Assembly: GCA_902590755.1 (NCBI GenBank)
Contig: CACIYA010000001.1
Span: 1-63,895 of the forward strand
DNA length: 63,895 bases
Reading direction: 5' to 3'
DNA from: an uncultured Pelagibacteraceae bacterium
GTDB taxonomy: Bacteria; Pseudomonadota; Alphaproteobacteria; Pelagibacterales; Pelagibacteraceae
Of this stretch, positions 63,145 through 63,895 are shown piece after piece; the stretch's first letter is position 1, and the number at the start of each line of letters is the position of its first letter. The notes beneath the pieces were generated by a model. The model was given only the letters and a program-made list of their open reading frames with translations, searched no databases and had not been told where the DNA came from. Position numbers and translations under genes: made by a program.

Positions 63145-63895
<751 letters not shown>

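Overview
This is a very AT-rich, extremely gene-dense alphaproteobacterial chromosome segment, most consistent with Pelagibacterales (SAR11). The assignment is inferred from composition, gene order and tiny or overlapping intergenic spaces. It is almost entirely core genome. In order: mutY 3' end, FAD monooxygenase, ccrM/rnhB/UDG, TPR protein-ispE-tRNA-Gln-cca, greA/hemF/trmL, petABC, prs-rplY-pth-ychF, lgt-midA-pgeF, a MarR/OmpR/EnvZ-like set, ilvE, uvrB-SDR-folB-uvrC-pgsA, aminotransferase, trxB, an ELM1/GtrOC1-like gene plus a 2OG-Fe(II) oxygenase, carAB, yqeY-dnaG-rpoD-tRNA-Ile2, a lone methyltransferase, mlaAC, amidase, rnpB, the dcw cluster, lpxC, bamD and the ligA 5' end. I see no CRISPR array, prophage or transposase. 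The most notable signal is a rewired cell-division locus. ftsZ sits between mraZ and rsmH rather than after ftsA, behind a promoter with a GANTC site in its -35 and 10-bp-phased TGGG (MraZ-type) repeats. ftsA has lost its ATP-binding motifs but keeps its membrane helix, and murE and murF are fused. Other points: four GANTC sites, two in a perfect inverted repeat, in the ccrM leader; loss of metal-binding cysteines in UDG and DnaG; an uncharacterised glycosyltransferase-like/oxygenase pair; and a homopolymer frameshift in ligA that is probably a sequencing error. All calls come from motif recognition by eye, and no database searches were run.
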